A DNA stretch of 64,000 bases, taken from NCBI GenBank assembly GCA_028534125.1, contig CM052817.1:38380001-38444000 (forward strand), in the 5' to 3' direction. The stretch is from Lama glama. Lineage: Eukaryota. The notes beneath the pieces were generated by a model, which ran no database searches, had not been told where the DNA came from, and was given only the letters and a program-made list of their open reading frames with translations. Within the stretch, counting starts at the first letter, position 1; every line of letters begins with the position of its first letter. Shown one piece after another: positions 24,945-37,797 of the stretch. The translations under genes were made by a program, and so were the position numbers.

Positions 24945-25545
24945 ACCAACTACTCTTAAGCTCTGAATATATGCCAGAAATGGAACTCAATGCTTTACAG
25001 ATATGATTTACTTCAGTTTTTGCATTATGTATATGGTGTAGGTGAAATTAACCCATTTTACAGAAGGGCAAGTTAACTTAGAGAGTTTTACATTATCTCT
25101 CATTCATCTTAAAAAAAATTTGGATTAGACAATGTGATATATAGTTTTGATGAATAGTTTTATTTTATTTGCTACCATGATAAGCAAACTTCTGAAGTAT
25201 CTCACTGGAAAAACACCATAGGCTTGGTCAGCACTTCGAGAGACTAACAAAAAGCCATAATCTAGAGGCTGATACTCTAAATTCTTCATCTATCTTTGAA
25301 CAACAACAACAACAACAACCAGAAAAATAAAACAAAACAAAACAAAACAAAACAAAAAACCCCACAGAGCTTTTGTTAATTAGCATTATGGAGGAGATTA
25401 GCATTTAGCAAAGAACTGTAAATAACCAAATCGGCTTAAGTCAGTTCACAAGTCTGATTACATAACTTGCTCCAAATAGTATAGCTAGGATTTGAATACA
25501 AGTCCTCCTGACTCAAAGATCCTTGCTTTCAACCGCTATGTGTAA
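24945..25545 (-). mobile_element. Two MIR fragments with an (AAC)n(AAAAC)n repeat at about 25299-25359
   Basis: 'acccattttacagaagggcaa' and 'aacttgctccaaatagtatagctaggatttgaatacaagtcctcctgactcaaag'. Confidence 0.6.
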
Positions 25546-25756
25546 CGTCCTCTGACCTTATCTTCCCTCAGCGTAGAACAGCATATTAATTTGGTTGAAT
25601 CCTTGATTGCTAAGTGAATGATATACAAGGAAAAGGACAGAAGGGGAAAGGCAAGAATCCTCCTCCAGGACTCTTACACAAGTGACCCCACCATGTAACT
25701 CTTATCTTGGTGAGTCAAGGTCCTAGCCCTTTCTCTATGCTCCCATATTGGGCATC

Positions 25757-26142
25757 TGTTTAGTTTGATAGGGCTTCCATAACAAAATACCACAGACTGG
25801 ATGGATTAAATAACAGAAATTTATTTTCTGACAGTTCTGGAGACTGAAAGTCCAAGATCAAGGTGTTCTCCTGAGGCGCCTCTCCTGGGTTTGCAGATGG
25901 CTGCCTTCTCTGTGTGTTCATGCGGCATTGTCTCTGTGCGCTTGTATCCCTGGTGTCTCTCTTCTGTCCTAATCTCCTTACTGGGACACCAGTCATATCA
26001 GCTTAGGACCCACCGTAACAGCCCCATTTTGACTTAATTATCTCTTTAAAGACCTGTCTCCATATTGAGTCACATTCTGAGGCACTGGGGGTAAGGGCTT
26101 CAACATATGAATTGTGAGAGGGACACAATTCAGCCCAGAGTA
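25757..26142 (-). mobile_element. MaLR solo LTR, MLT1A0/MLT1B type
   Basis: 'ccataacaaaataccacagactgg...cagttctggagactgaaagtccaagatcaaggtg...acacaattcagccca'; TSD gcatc (25752-25756) / gtatc (26143-26147). Confidence 0.9.
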
Positions 26143-26799
26143 GTATCTTATCAATCTTCCAGTCCAAGACATTCTGTCGTCTCTTTCTCTTTACTGGCAT
26201 TTAGGCTCCTTTGGTTTAGCTCCTCAACACATCCCACCCACCCAGTATAATAGTCTCCCCACATGCATCCTGTCACACACACACATCCAAGATTTTCTCT
26301 GTATTAGTGCCCTGCTGACAATTTTTGATAAAGCCTCTCTTTTAAGAATCTACCCCCACTGTATATAGATATGTTTATATACATAAAGTATTTTTAGGAT
26401 CTTCATTGATGTATTAAATATTTCTACATCCTAATTTAACTCTTGGTCTAACAGTGATGATAAATACTATTCTCTTTACTTATTCTCAGCTCCAAAGGTT
26501 GAGAACCACTACAAAAGGAAATCCACACCTAAATACCACAGAAAGCTGCTAAGTCACATCGATGAATGTGATAAGAAATGATTAAAACCTATTCTTCGAG
26601 AATTAGAGATCTCAACTCTAGTTACGGAAAGGCTAGAATTCATCTGGAATTTGGAGAGTGCTGTAAGGAAACCCTGCCTTCCAGGGAGATACTTCTGTCT
26701 CACAAGCAAATCAAGAGGTGCTTTAAGGATATCAGTCAGATAGCTACTAAGCAGGTATTTAGGAATTTAGAGAAATTAAGGACTAGAATGAGATGCTGA

Positions 26800-27629
26800 A
26801 GTCATATGAACCCAAGACAGAAGAGAGATGGAGAAAGAATATGCATATATTTGTGTGTGTGTGTGTGTGTGAAAGAGAGAGAGATGGGGGTGGGGGAGGT
26901 TAAAGTGAACTAGAGAGAGAAGGTCACCCTAGGTGTGACCTGCATTTTCACTTATAATGGGAGTGACAGTGAATAGACATATGGACCAGATGGGAGGAAG
27001 CTGGCATGGAAACATCTTGAAATGGTCTCCACTCAAAAGATCTAAAGTAATCCTGCAAAGGGGTAGATTTCTAGGAATCTGAAGGGCTAAGGAAGGGTGT
27101 AGCAAGTGGACTGCTGAAGGGAGAGAGAGAAGTATTCTCATGTGCAGATAAAGGTTCTGAGAGGAGGAATCTCCAAGAAAACCTCAAAAGCACCTCATGA
27201 CAGAGTCCATAGGTCCTCAAAGGGTCCCAAAGCCAGATCACAAGTGTACTCCTCACACCTCCTTCCTTGGTCCACTCTAACCCTGGTGCGTGGAGACGCA
27301 GAGGAGAAGAAAGAGAAGAACACAGAACAGAAAGGATGCTTCTGCCCTCCATCCTCCTATCCTGAAGAAGACCCAATCCAGGGGAAAAGAGAGCTTTAAC
27401 TTTAAATGACAGTATCTTTTTATTATTATTATTATTATTGCAGGGACTTGGCATCTTAACTCCTAAAATGATACTATAGTTGTCCCTAAAAGGAATCAGA
27501 AAAGCAATGAGACCTGTACAAAATGTCATCCAGCAGCAGGAAAGGAACTAGCCTACAGAGTGAGTTAAAAGTTAGAGAAACAATACCGTTTCTTTCCAAT
27601 GCATCTATCAAACTGAGCACAATCTAACA
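26800..27629 (+). mobile_element. LTR78-like old LTR
   Basis: 'gagagctttaacttt...tgagacctgtacaaaatgtcatccagcagcaggaaaggaactag' resembles the LTR78 3' half; start is uncertain. Confidence 0.55.
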
Positions 27630-27759
27630 GCTTTATTATTTATAAGATCCATAGCAAGCAAAAACATAAGCTTTAGTGCTTCCTTCTCAATGGGCCCTAC
27701 ATCAGAGACCACTGCCCCACTGACTCTGTGGTTGATTTTCTAGGCTGTACTGATCAAGT

Positions 27760-28110
27760 TACTGCCCAGCGTATAATCCTGGATGTGGTCCCATTCAAGC
27801 CTGTCGTTGAAATCTAACTTTACAATAGGCACATGCAAGCTCTACATGATTTTCCGGCCTCCTCTGTCTAACCACTTACACTCATTTACCAAATGCACTC
27901 AGGTCCCTGCACAGGACGTGAAAGACATCCTTCTACAACTCTGCTCATGTCATTCCACTGAACTTCTCTTTTTCTCCCCCTTCCACACTCAGTTTTTATT
28001 TCTACTAAACGCTTAGTTCAGATGTTGCTTTCCCCAGCCTCTCTGCCTCTAGCATCATGTATAGAACCTGACTCCAGTAGGTCCTTAATAGATAACTATT
28101 GACTGAGTGA
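27760..28110 (+). mobile_element. L2 relic
   Basis: Pyrimidine-rich body ending 'cctgactccagtaggtccttaatagataactattgactgagtgaa'. Confidence 0.55.
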
Positions 28111-29469
28111 AAATTACAAGGATAAAATCTGGCTGATAATTATTTCTCCTTACACTACAGCTTCTACAAAATGTTTCAGCTTCTATTACAAAAATAAGCC
28201 ATATAGATTTGGTGTTTGTCTGTTTTTGTCATCTTATTTTTCAAGAAGCTCAATAAAGTATTTTTTGTGGAACTCAATACATGTATGATGATTGCTCTGA
28301 GTCTGGGCTGACAGAATTTGATGATTGAAATATACCAAAGAGTTTTTCTTATAATCTGGAAGATCCAATGAAGCTGTTCCTGAACTCCTAAATCTAGGCA
28401 TGTTACACCTAAGTAACTAGACCTCACAAGGGGTTTCTTCTTTGGTCTTTGTTTTAGTTGTTTTTTTAAACTCCTGGGTTAAAAAAAAAATGAGGCTCCC
28501 TTTGGCACTGACTTGCCAGCATCTTTTAAGACAAATTTTACCCAGCAGGAATGCATTGAGGACAAGAGCTTGTTTTCAGACACACTGCCTGTGGGATGGT
28601 TTATTTTAAGCCATGATACTATACAATATTAGCAGGTTGTTATTCATAGAGGCTTGATTAATATGCTTTTGTTCCTGACAGCATCAAAGTACCAGCCCGC
28701 TCATTTCTCCCCACCTCGTTCCTCAGCCTCATTTCACATACGAGTTTTGGCACATCACATATTGCAAAGACCTGATGCAGTGTTCTCTCAGCCTCTGTGA
28801 GGCTTTACTGAGCATAGCCCTTTTTTACTCAGTGAATGGATGACGTGTCACTTCAAAATATTTGTAGACTGTTTTCGCAATTTATCTAAAGCAAGAAGAA
28901 GCTCTGCAGGCTATCAGTGATAAAATTGAAAAGAAAAGTGAATTTTATTAGCAAAGAGTTGATAAAGCCCAATATCTCATAGGGAAAAGAGCAGGCTGGA
29001 GTAAATGGCTTCAAGATGCTCGACTTCTCTTCTCAAGGCAGAGGCTCTGGTGTATTTCGCCTAAGAACCACATTTCTTTTTCATCAGCCAAATACTCATC
29101 ACTTAACTGTCAGCATTCAAAAATTATCAAATTTCATTCCATTTTACTACAATTACAAGGAATGAAAATAAAGCAAACATAATAATTTCATGAAATGACA
29201 AGCAACATAGTTTAGTTAATTGTAATGCTTAATGATTATCAAGGTAGAATGAGGGGATCCCTTTAAAACATAACTGCTCAAAGTAGGAATTTTTATAAAT
29301 ATAGCATTTAGAGACTTGAAAATACTAACATTTTTTCCCCTGAGAATTGTGCATATGGGAGTATGGCCTAATGGAAAACATATTTACAGAACATTTATAG
29401 CTGTGTTCATTACAGTGGTATTTGTAACCATTTAAAGATACATATGTATGCTATAATACCCAGTTAGTA

Positions 29470-29640
29470 ATGTTTTGAAGAGAAGTAAACAAGAACTGTA
29501 CGCTGAGTACTGCTTTAAGTGTTTTGTGTCTATAGACCTACTTAATTCTACTACACGGTGACACAGCTTGTCAGGGTCAGGTATGAGTTTTGGATGCAGA
29601 AGTCCTGGCCCCACTGCCGCTGTACTTCACCACCACACTG
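29470..29640 (-). mobile_element. MIR relic
   Basis: 'gagtactgctttaagtgttttg...cttaattcta...gtgacacagcttgtcagggtcag'. Confidence 0.55.
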
Positions 29641-29642
29641 TA

Positions 29643-29946
29643 TGTATCAGTTTGTTAGAGCTGCCATAACAAAGCACCACAAACTGGATGGTGTAAGAGA
29701 AATGTGTTGTCTCAGAGGGCCTGAGGCTAGAAGTGTGAAATCAAAGTGGTGCCAGAGTTGGTTCTTTCTGAGGCCATGAAGGGGATCTTCCATGCCTCTC
29801 CCCTAGTTTCCGGTAGTTTGCTGGCAATCTTCCGTAGCCCTTGGCTCATAGAAGCTTAAGCCCGATCTCTGTCTTCCTCTTCCATGGCATTTTCCTGGGT
29901 CCTTATCTGTGTCTAATCTTCCTTTTGTCCGGGGAGGACACCAGTC
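29643..29946 (-). mobile_element. MLT1C-like solo LTR, truncated
   Basis: 'gctgccataacaaagcaccacaaactgg...ttccatgcctctcccctagtttccggtagtttgctggcaatctt...aggacaccagtc'. Confidence 0.85.
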
Positions 29947-30193
29947 TCTCCCCCGTGGTCTCCAAAGTAGGGAGAATGCACTGCAGGTGTTCTGTAAAGT
30001 GATACATCCCCTGAGGGTGTAAGGACAACACAAAGACTGCTCTTAACATCGGGATCCTGCTATTTCACCTGTGCGGCAGCACCCTCACCTTGCTCGGCGT
30101 ACAGCCAGGCGTGCGCACGAGTCAGGTGCGGTGCTGAAGTGTCCTCTGGAAACAACGGGACAGTTGCAGACTGGAAGAGGGGACCACGGAACC

Positions 30194-30597
30194 TGCATAA
30201 GCTTCCTAGGGCCGTCATAACAAATCACCACGGAGGCCGTGGTTTAGAACAACAGAAATTTATTCTTTCACAGTTTTGGGGTCCGAAAAGCAAGATGTCA
30301 ACATGTCTGTAGGGGAGAATCCTTCTGTGTTTCTCCTTTCTGGTGGCAACTGGCAAGATTTGGCATTCCTTGGCTTGGAGACGAGTGACTCCAATCTTGG
30401 CTTCTGACTCCCCATGGCCTTCTCCCCTGTGTCTTCTTTTCTATCTCCTATAAGATATACACTTAAGGACTTAGGACCCACCTAATCCAACATATCTCAT
30501 CTCTAGATATTTATTTTAATAACATCTACAAAAGCCCTAGTCTGAAGGTCCAGGTGGACATTTATTTTGGGGGAGGGCCACCAGTGAACCCACCATA
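30194..30597 (-). mobile_element. MLT1C-like solo LTR
   Basis: 'cctagggccgtcataacaaatcaccac...aacaacagaaatttattctttcacagtt...tggcattccttggcttg...ttaggacccacctaatcca'. Confidence 0.85.
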
Positions 30598-31499
30598 TGG
30601 CCCTAAAGCATTCTTGCTTTCAGTATGCATGTGCATGGTTAGGTGGATTCCTAGAACATATTACCTAGTTTAAACAAGTTAATCTTCACAAATTGACAAG
30701 TGGATCAACCTTTTCAGGTTAAAAAAAACCCAACAGATTGAACATAATAAGGATCATAGAAGCCCACAAGAAAAACAAGAAAATAGAAAGGCTGACCCTT
30801 CTATCCTTTGTATAAGTTCTTTATTAACCATATAAAACTGCAGGACACAATCAGACCTAACAGGAAGTAGATCAAAATCTTTAAAATTACCAAGAAGGTT
30901 ATTTGAAATATGAATTGATATCTACTACCGTTAATGATAAATCTTACATAAATAGTGTTCCTCTAGATTTTCTTTAATGATGGTACAAAGTCATCACAAT
31001 TAGTCACTCATATTAAACATTCAGAACTTGAAGACACAGCTCCATAATTATTTCAGTCATGTTTAAAAGTCGTCTTAATTTTACAACATCTACTAACTTT
31101 CATGAGAGACATAAAATCACCTTTGGAAGTTCCTCACTATGAGAAAAAAAAATTTAAAGCCACATATTATTTAGGAAATCCTGGTTCTTCTTTTCCTTGC
31201 TAAAAATTAGCTGAAGGCAAACACACACACACACACACACACACTTAATATGGAGACAGGATAATATGTCTGTTTATGATTAAACAGTTTTGGAAGATGC
31301 ATAGAACATGCATCTGAAGACTGGAAGAAATAAGAACTGAAACAACAATCTACACGTGGGGATATTTTCTCTAAAGCTAGACGAAAGTTAAATATTTCTA
31401 ATATGACTTAGTATACTGTGCCTGCTAGATTCTGTTCCAAAAATGACACATCAAAACTAACTTTTTGTGGACCATGGAATTAAATATGTACCATAAACA

Positions 31500-32520
31500 A
31501 GGATGAACAGAATTGCCACTTACTACAATGAAGAAGTTTATGACAGAAGCAGATTTGGGGGAAGTATGAGACGATTTTAGGACATATTACACTAAGAAAT
31601 GCCTATCAGAAAGCCAATCAGTGACATAAAATAGGCATTGGACTTGGATGTGTAAAATTCATAGAAGGGCTCCAAGCTTAAATCATAAATTTGTGAGAAA
31701 GTCACAAGTAGAATGTACCTAAAATCACATGATGGGATGAGCTTACCAAGGGGACAGAGTAGAGACAGAAGAGAAATGCACTGCTGCTTCCTAAAGTACT
31801 TCCTGAAGCAGAGGAGTGAGGGAAATGGGAGGAAGCCACAAAAGGCTGAGACGTTGTGGCCAAAAACATACAATGCAAACTAGATATGTTTAGTGTTCTG
31901 AATGGCACACGGAGAAATTATTTCCAGGCTGTTGATAGGACAAGGAAGATGAGGACTGAGCACTGACTACTGGCTTAACAACACTGATGTCACTGAGACC
32001 TGGAGAAGGGTGCTGGGCTCGGGAGAGAATGGGAAGAGGGAAATAGTGACAGCATGCATAACAGCTCTTTCAAAGATGAGAAATGTAAATAGAAGAGCAC
32101 CGCAAGGGTGAATGAAGCCAGGGGTTCTTTGTGTTTTGTTTTGTCTCTTAAGACTGGAAAAATAACACATTGGCATGCCTTTGGGAATAATCTAGTACAG
32201 AGTGGAAACTGGCAATGTAGAAGTGAGAAAAGAGTTGCTGGGGCAATGCATTTGAGGAGGTGTAGGCAGTATGACCTGGCAGACAGATGGAGGGGTCAAC
32301 CCCAAGTAGGAGTACAGAAAGTTAATCCAAAGGAAGGTGGCGTATGTGACCACAAATGCAGGTAGTGGGGAACGTAGGATCATGAGGAATTTATCTTCTG
32401 ATTGTTTGGATTTTTTTCAGTAAAATGAGAAGAAGCATGGTCATCAACAGGGAGTAAGGACATGACAGGAGGAATTAGAGGCTTGAGGAAGTGGAGAAGG
32501 CATTAAGAACTCATTTGTGT
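31500..32520 (-). mobile_element. L2a-like LINE fragment (about 1 kb)
   Basis: Purine-rich L2 reverse-strand motifs 'agcagatttggggg', 'gatgaggactgagcactgactactggcttaacaac', 'ataacagctctttcaaag'. Confidence 0.75.
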
Positions 32521-32561
32521 AACTGAATGGGAAATTGTAGCAGCGGATAGTTGTTGGATAG

Positions 32562-32806
32562 GTGACAGTAATGTAAAACCTTCCATCGCCCCTTCCTATT
32601 AGTTCCTCCTTACCATGCTTATTCCTGCAGGAGGATTATAATTCTCACCCCGTTAATACTAAGTTTAGCCAAATGACTTCCTCTGGCCAATGGAATATAA
32701 GCAGAGGAGGCATGAACCACTTCAGAAGAAAAGCTTTAAGAAATGTCACATGCTTCTACTGTCACTTCTTTCCTTCTGCCATGAGCTCAGCAGCACCCCC
32801 AAGAAG
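32562..32806 (+). mobile_element. MLT1J/I-like LTR, cut by the gap
   Basis: 'tgacttcctctggccaatggaatataagcagagg...cacttcagaagaaaagctttaagaa...ttccttctgccatgag'. Confidence 0.75.
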
Positions 32807-33306
32807 NNNNNNNNNNNNNNNNNNNNNNNNNNNNNNNNNNNNNNNNNNNNNNNNNNNNNNNNNNNNNNNNNNNNNNNNNNNNNNNNNNNNNNNNNNNNNN
32901 NNNNNNNNNNNNNNNNNNNNNNNNNNNNNNNNNNNNNNNNNNNNNNNNNNNNNNNNNNNNNNNNNNNNNNNNNNNNNNNNNNNNNNNNNNNNNNNNNNNN
33001 NNNNNNNNNNNNNNNNNNNNNNNNNNNNNNNNNNNNNNNNNNNNNNNNNNNNNNNNNNNNNNNNNNNNNNNNNNNNNNNNNNNNNNNNNNNNNNNNNNNN
33101 NNNNNNNNNNNNNNNNNNNNNNNNNNNNNNNNNNNNNNNNNNNNNNNNNNNNNNNNNNNNNNNNNNNNNNNNNNNNNNNNNNNNNNNNNNNNNNNNNNNN
33201 NNNNNNNNNNNNNNNNNNNNNNNNNNNNNNNNNNNNNNNNNNNNNNNNNNNNNNNNNNNNNNNNNNNNNNNNNNNNNNNNNNNNNNNNNNNNNNNNNNNN
33301 NNNNNN
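32807..33306. other. Assembly gap, 500 N
   Basis: Run of exactly 500 N. Confidence 1.
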
Positions 33307-34479
33307 CTTGGGCCCAAAAGCATTTTGAATTAAATATGAGATAGAAATTTGTAAACAAGAAGGACTACCTTTCAAAACCAGGGTGAGACTGTTTTGATAG
33401 TTAAGTGTAACCCAAAGATGATAGCGTTAGAATAAAACGCCACTGGGGATTCCACCACCTGGAGGAAAAGAGGGTTAGATAAAACAGAGTTCTTAGCTCT
33501 TTTGTGAAGAATAAAATCACTTTGTGTGTCTCTGAAACCAACCTGTGGCAATGATGAACTAATTCTTAAACACATATACATTTATTTCTTCCTAAAAAAA
33601 TGAATATTTCTATTCTTACTTTTATCCTCAAAGACAGTTTAATCAGAATGACCTAAATATGCACAAGGCTTTCAATGGTCACTGAAAGGCTGTGTGTTCT
33701 CATGGGGATTTTCAGTAGTCAATATTTACTAGTATTTAAAATTTGGGGAAGGGGGGATAACACTTCATTATTATGATAAAATAGCCAACTCTCTAAAAAG
33801 CAAGTATTATTAAAATTAAAATTATATTCAAGCTTAATTTAGGGATAATGACAATTACATGTTCCTTAAAAATCACCTTCATGTTTTAGGTCTATATGTT
33901 GTTTTCAGTATTCTAAGTAGAAACCCAAATATTTTTATACATGGTTGAGCAAGCCAGATTTAAAGTTTTCTTTCCAAAGGGCTCCTCCACAGTCATATGA
34001 GTTCACATAAGATGCGTAGTTCCTAATTTTTAACAAGACAAGAAAACAGTGAATGAAAGAAAACAGACATGAGGAGCTGAGGGATGCAATCAAAGGCTCT
34101 GGGGGTAAACACAAAACTGTAGTCTCTTTATTGGACCCAGAAAAACAGTCCGCAAATTTCTCCCTTCTCATTCAGGGTTCCCAAATGAGAGTTTTCCTAC
34201 ACCTGTTCCCCTTCCAGCCCCGGGCAAATCTAAACATTCAGCTTCTCTATTTCAAATCCATGTTCTTAAGCACTAGTGAGACCATACTTCTATGATGATA
34301 AATAAATGATGAATCAACCTTTGAAGCAGGTGTTGTTGCTTAGATGCTTTTTTCCAGTGGCAGCAAATAGATATTTTATTAACACATGCATTCTACCTGT
34401 AGTCATCATTACGTTTATTTGATATCTCTATGTGGATTGCCCATGCACATTTCATCTTCATCTAGTCATCTTGGCTTTA

Positions 34480-34715
34480 AGAGTCAGTGGTAATATCTCA
34501 CCTCCAAGAAGTTTTGCTTGACTTCTTCAGCCATGTTAGGTTGTTTGCCTCTGGGTTCACATGTAGACTTTATCATAACACTTTTCCTATTTTTCTAGAA
34601 TTGATGATTTATATTTCTGACTTCCACAGTAGAATGTAAAAACCCTCAAAGGCAATGATTTTGTGTTGCTAATACCTAGCACAGGGTACAGCACTTAAGT
34701 ATTCAATAAATATTA
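34480..34715 (+). mobile_element. L2 3' fragment
   Basis: 'tagaatgtaaaaaccctcaaaggcaatgatttt...cctagcacagggtacagcacttaagtattcaataaata'. Confidence 0.7.
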
Positions 34716-34721
34716 TTTTAA

Positions 34722-34827
34722 AAAGAGATGGAAAGATGGAAAAAGGAAGGGAGGGAGGGAGGCAGGAAGAAAGGAAGGAAGGAAAGATGGAAGAAAGGAA
34801 GGGACAGAGGGAGAAAGGGAAGGAGGA
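34722..34827. repeat. Purine-rich (GGAA/GGGA)n low-complexity tract
   Basis: Read directly. Confidence 0.85.
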
Positions 34828-36274
34828 ATACATTATGAAGGCATCTGAAAATTTTCTCAGAAGATAGATTGAGGCATATATTTTTAAAATTCCCAAACAC
34901 TTCTTCTTCTCAATTTGCTACTAAACTTTTTATCTACACATGCTCTTCCTGTCACATTGCTGTAGTACCAATTTCTCCTCTGCTATGCTCCAAAGAACCA
35001 TTCCTAAAGGATGTGAATGTGTATGAAATATATAAAACCTAAAGCCTAGAAGCCTTGTGCTCTCTGTTTCTACATGCCTGCGATGATTCTTCATTTTCAT
35101 TTAACTCTTTAGTGTGCCTCACCATGCCTTTCTGTACAAATCCATTACTGATTCCCTGGGACTAAGCCAGAGGTTAAATTTAGTGATGCTTCATTGCTAT
35201 GTCTAAAATTAGGTCTCCTCATTGATCCTCAACCAGAATTGCCCCAAAAGCTTGAGTGACTTGACTCTTTTCTGTCCGTGAGAACATAACACTACTGAAG
35301 ATATTTAGAAGTTGCTCTTGTGATCTGATTACTCAGGGGTCTTAGTGTAGGATCGACAGAGTGCCAACAACTGCCAGGGTCCAGCATGCCCCGTCTTTCT
35401 CTTTCACACAATCTTATGAACACAATCAAACAGAACTCCTGATAAGTAGGTCATCAGCCCTTCCAATAAGCTAGGACATGGATGTTTTCGAGTTCAGACC
35501 CTTGCCTTGTGCCCTCATTCTATCAAGAATTTGGAAGAGGTTGAAGCTGACAAACACTTCTATAAAGGTTTCCCTGGTGAAGAGATGCTTGAAGTTTTCA
35601 TGTCAGAATAAAAGGTAAAGGATAAAAACCTTCAAATGGGATGTAGCTGCAACTCTTCTTAGAGTGTATAGTTTATTGTTAGCTTATTTATATGAAAGAG
35701 ACACAAATGAATTCATTTTGACTAAAACACAGTTGGCATGCATTCTGTACTTCCCTTTAGAAAAAAAAACATTATTAATAGAAATAGTATAAGCTGTGAC
35801 AATGATTAGTTTGGTGATTGTTCAATTAATAGTTGTCTTGCTATAGAAAACTTAATGTTAATCATAATTTAAACTTCTTTTTGTTGTGCTATTAATCATA
35901 ACTCTATATTGCCTCCTAGTTGAGCTTAAAATGATGGTGGACATTCAAGTGAGCATGTCCTATAAATAGTTGGAATGAAAAAGTAGAACATAGTTAATGG
36001 GCCATGACCAGAGAGATGGATTTAGAAGTCATTCATAGTGGTAATACTTGAGCAAAAGCATTGATTATACAGAATAAGAGGACAGAGGCTTGGGAAGATT
36101 GCTGTTGATAAACAAAAAATAATGAAAAGCCAGGAAAACACAAATTCACCAAGAAGAAGACTCTTGAAGAATAAGGTTGCTCACTGTCACTGAGGTCAAA
36201 AAGTATCTGTCTTCTTTTCCAAGTATCCTTAGTGCCTGGAACTAAATTTTCTGTAAATATTATATATGTATATA

Positions 36275-36277
<3 letters not shown>

Positions 36278-36320
<43 letters not shown>
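36278..36320. repeat. (TG)n microsatellite
   Basis: Read directly. Confidence 0.9.
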
Positions 36321-36399
36321 TATAGTAAGTTCTCTGTAAATAACTGATGACTGGATAAGTAACAGGATGTTAAATCAGATATTACCACTGAAGTACATT

Positions 36400-36810
36400 C
36401 CAAATTTAGGTGCTTAAGATAAAAATTAAGTTAGAAGTTATAATACTCAAACACAATAGAAGTTTACTTCTCCCTTATTTAAAATCTAAAGTGTGTATTC
36501 CTGATCAGTTTTTCTCTTCTAATCGTTGGCTCAAGAACTCAAACTCTTGTATCTCGTGACTCTGCCATCTTTAACACCTGGATACCAAGATGTCTAACAC
36601 CTCGCTGTGCTCATCTACACAAAGTTGCCAAAATAAGGAACTGGCAGATTTAATTCCCTCTCATATTCTATTGGCAAGAACCAATTTCCTGGACCCACTT
36701 AGATACAAGAGTAGCTGGGAAATATAGCCCCTGGCTGGGCATTTCTCTCAGACAACTACAGTATATGAGAAAGTACAATATTTTGCAGGATGATTAATCA
36801 CCTTTGAAAT
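36400..36810 (-). mobile_element. Old MaLR LTR, MLT1K/L-like
   Basis: 'aacacaatagaagtttacttctc...ctcatattctattggcaagaac...gctgggaaatatagcccctggctggg'. Confidence 0.65.
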
Positions 36811-37384
36811 GAATTAGGAGACTTGTCTTGTTTGTTTGTACAATCATCCAGGTTAAAAGAATTAGCTTGATTTAAAGTGTCATCAGAAGAGATATAAGAA
36901 GAGATTCTATAGATTCAAATGAAAACTCACATGATAACTACATTCTGGGACAAGAAAATGGCATACAATCAAACAATTCCTTAGTCATATCTTGAGTGGG
37001 GTAAAAAATTCTGTATGTAAACCCAGATACTGCTAATAAAAGTGAGACATAGGTTCATCTCTTGAAGTAGAATTAGCAATTTCAGTTCATGGCAGTTATT
37101 AAGCTGCTAAAAATGGTTATTCTCTTCAAACTGGGTGGGAATGTTTGCCCCAAGTGGAGTAGAGTGGGGTGAGGAAGAGGTAGTTACAAGCCTATAATTA
37201 AAATGCTTTGTTGTTCAGGCAGAAAGAAGTGAGTGAAAGATAGAGTAATGTAGCCTAAGTGCCTGACATGAAGCTTTTGATTGCAGAGGCATTCAATCAA
37301 AAAAGTATTCATATAAGTAAACACCTTGCCAGTCATATGATATAGCTACTAGCAAACCAACCAAATAAAGAATTAGGCTACTCA

Positions 37385-37797
37385 TGCCCACATAGTTGCC
37401 CTTTCAGAAAACCCTGGGCAACACAGATAAGTGACGATTTAAGCAACCCTGCCTCCATTCTCCTGCACCCAACAGCCAATAGTGAATGACCCTGCAAAAC
37501 CTTAGACACGCCACTCTTGGGACCTGATAAAGGCTCTCTACCTGTGACCTTACTATATGCCCCATGTGTGTCATGTGCCCTCCAGGACCTGTGTATTAAA
37601 TCTTGTTGCTCCAAGTTACCTGATGGTGTTTTGCTGAAGTGTGCCCTGGGATCATAGTTATGAACACCATGGCTGGCCCCGCCACCACGCTGGCCCCGCC
37701 ACCACGCTGGCCCCAGTGCGGTGATGTGTGTGGAGCTCACTGGGAGTAATGTAGCAGGGGCAGTGCCTCAGGTGTTTCTAGATGGGAGCACTACCAT
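37385..37797 (+). mobile_element. ERVL LTR of the MER73/MER74/MER54 group
   Basis: 'ctccaggacctgtgtattaaatctt...tgatggtgttttgctgaagtgtg'; exact subfamily is uncertain. Confidence 0.55.

Noticed and set aside
28285..28383. C/D-box snoRNA-like motifs (ATGATGA...CTGA...TGATGA...CTGA)
   Set aside because: No terminal stem and no recognisable rRNA/snRNA guide sequence; short motifs are expected by chance.
32673..33375. Long ORFs spanning N runs (also 11119-11496 and 51962-52702)
   Set aside because: Artefacts of translating assembly gaps.
37672..37714. CRISPR-like direct repeats
   Set aside because: Contiguous tandem copies with no spacers, in mammalian DNA with no cas genes.
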